From Ylistrum balloti (taxonomy: Eukaryota), in contig NW_026782945.1 of NCBI RefSeq assembly GCF_031769215.1, positions 1 to 56,768 on the forward strand: 56,768 bases of DNA, in the 5' to 3' direction. Of this stretch, positions 55,636-56,768 are shown piece by piece. Both the position numbers and the translations under genes were made by a program. The notes beneath the pieces were generated by a model, which was not told the origin of the DNA, did no database searches, and saw only the letters and a program-made list of their open reading frames with translations. Each line of letters opens with the position of its first letter. The stretch's first letter is position 1.

Positions 55636-56273
55636 AATTTGTCACCAGCTGGAGCGGCGGTAAAGATAGTTTTTACGCTTTTCACTTAGCCTGCAGACAA
55701 AATCTTATTCCTACTGTTCTGCTTAATGTTACCAACGAAACTGGAACACGCTCTCGCTCTCATGGTTTACCCCCACGTATGTTACAGCAACAAGCCGATG
55801 CTATAGGTTTACCTCTTTTTTGCATCCAAGCTAGTTGGCAAAGCTATGAAACAGAATTCATTAAAGGTCTAAATATTGCCCAACAAGATTACGGCGTAGA
55901 AGCTGCTGTTTTTGGTGATATTGATCTGCAGCCCCATCGCGATTGGGAAGAAAAGGTTTGTGCCCAAGCTGACCTAAAACCGATTTTACCCTTATGGGGT
56001 GACGATCGTCGTGAACTTGTCTATGCCATGTTAGATATTGGTATTACAGCTTATATTGTTAGTTGTAACCTAACGATGGGCGCTGATTATATTGGCAAGG
56101 CCTTAAGCAAAGCGCTTGTTGACGATTTGATTGTTTTAGGGGTAGACCCATGTGGAGAGGAAGGTGAGTTTCATACCATGGTGACCGATGGTCCGGGCTT
56201 TCAATATGCCTTACCGGCACCCATCGGCAGACCTATTTTCCATGAGGATTATTGGTTTTTGGATTGGTCTTAA
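55632..56273 (+). CDS. Dph6/diphthine-ammonia-ligase-like PP-loop ATPase
   Basis: SWSGGKDS, SHG, FGDIDL.PHR.W.E.VC, DPCGE.GEFHT.V.DGP. Confidence 0.88.
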   Translation: MKFVTSWSGGKDSFYAFHLACRQNLIPTVLLNVTNETGTRSRSHGLPPRMLQQQADAIGLPLFCIQASWQSYETEFIKGLNIAQQDYGVEAAVFGDIDLQPHRDWEEKVCAQADLKPILPLWGDDRRELVYAMLDIGITAYIVSCNLTMGADYIGKALSKALVDDLIVLGVDPCGEEGEFHTMVTDGPGFQYALPAPIGRPIFHEDYWFLDWS

Positions 56274-56361
56274 CCTTCTTTTATTGAACACTGTTACCTA
56301 ATGCTGTAATTATATTAGAATAATCTATTCTAAATTGAACTAAGAGAAGGACTAGATCAAC

Positions 56362-56768
56362 ATGTTTAACCGTATTCGACATCATCAATATATTTTTTTT
56401 ACTCTCGCACTAATACTACATTTTTTTCTCCCCTCAACAACTATTTTTGCAGCTCCTCCAACTATACAGGAAGTTGCTTCAAGTATCGGAAATGGCGAAG
56501 TACGTAGCTTATTTGAGCAAAAAAAATATTGGCAAGCGATTCGTAAAGCTCACGATTTAGGATTATCGTCAGACAAAACAACTATTTATGATTTTGTAGA
56601 ACAACGCTTAACAAATGTTAAACAAGAAATTGCTAATTCAGCATCTGCACGTTTACCTTCTCATCAAGTTTCTGAAGTTGGTGATATTAAGGTCTTCTAT
56701 AAAGAAATAGGTAATGATATAGATAAAAATATAAGTGTCGATTTTTCTTTCTACAATAGATCTGAGGC
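56362..56768 (+). CDS. Secreted hypothetical protein, partial (runs off window end)
   Basis: AAGGA RBS, ATG 56362, signal-peptide-like N-terminus, open to the end of the window. Confidence 0.6.
   Translation, partial: MFNRIRHHQYIFFTLALILHFFLPSTTIFAAPPTIQEVASSIGNGEVRSLFEQKKYWQAIRKAHDLGLSSDKTTIYDFVEQRLTNVKQEIANSASARLPSHQVSEVGDIKVFYKEIGNDIDKNISVDFSFYNRSE

Overview
The window has three parts. (i) 1-10499 is host DNA, AT-rich and probably from a Gram-negative bacterium: a partial membrane-fused spermidine-synthase-like gene, greA, a YqaA-family gene, surE, a GT2/radical SAM/DegT/GT2/ArnT-like surface-modification cluster, tRNA-Pro(GGG) and a truncated lipoprotein esterase. (ii) 10500-50095 is a complete-length (39,596 bp) Mu-like transposable prophage, almost all on the minus strand. 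It is bounded by TG...CA ends with imperfect 24-bp inverted repeats. It carries repressor, MuA/MuB, Gam, GemA, Mor, lysis, terminase, head and contractile-tail modules. (iii) 50096-56768 is host DNA again: a truncated K+ channel gene and a cobalamin-riboswitch-led ABC uptake operon. Main observations: a three-gene ABC-3C/Lamassu-type defence cassette sits between the F and I head genes; the head module has lesions (portal nonsense codon, protease frameshift) while tail, lysis, transposition and defence genes look intact; the DNA adenine methylase is split at a T8 tract just before DPPY; a 29-bp dyad is repeated upstream of two late operons; and there is no target-site duplication, with two unrelated genes cut at the two ends, which points to a Mu-mediated deletion/inversion or an assembly join through a multicopy prophage. 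All family assignments come from motif recognition by eye, not database searches.
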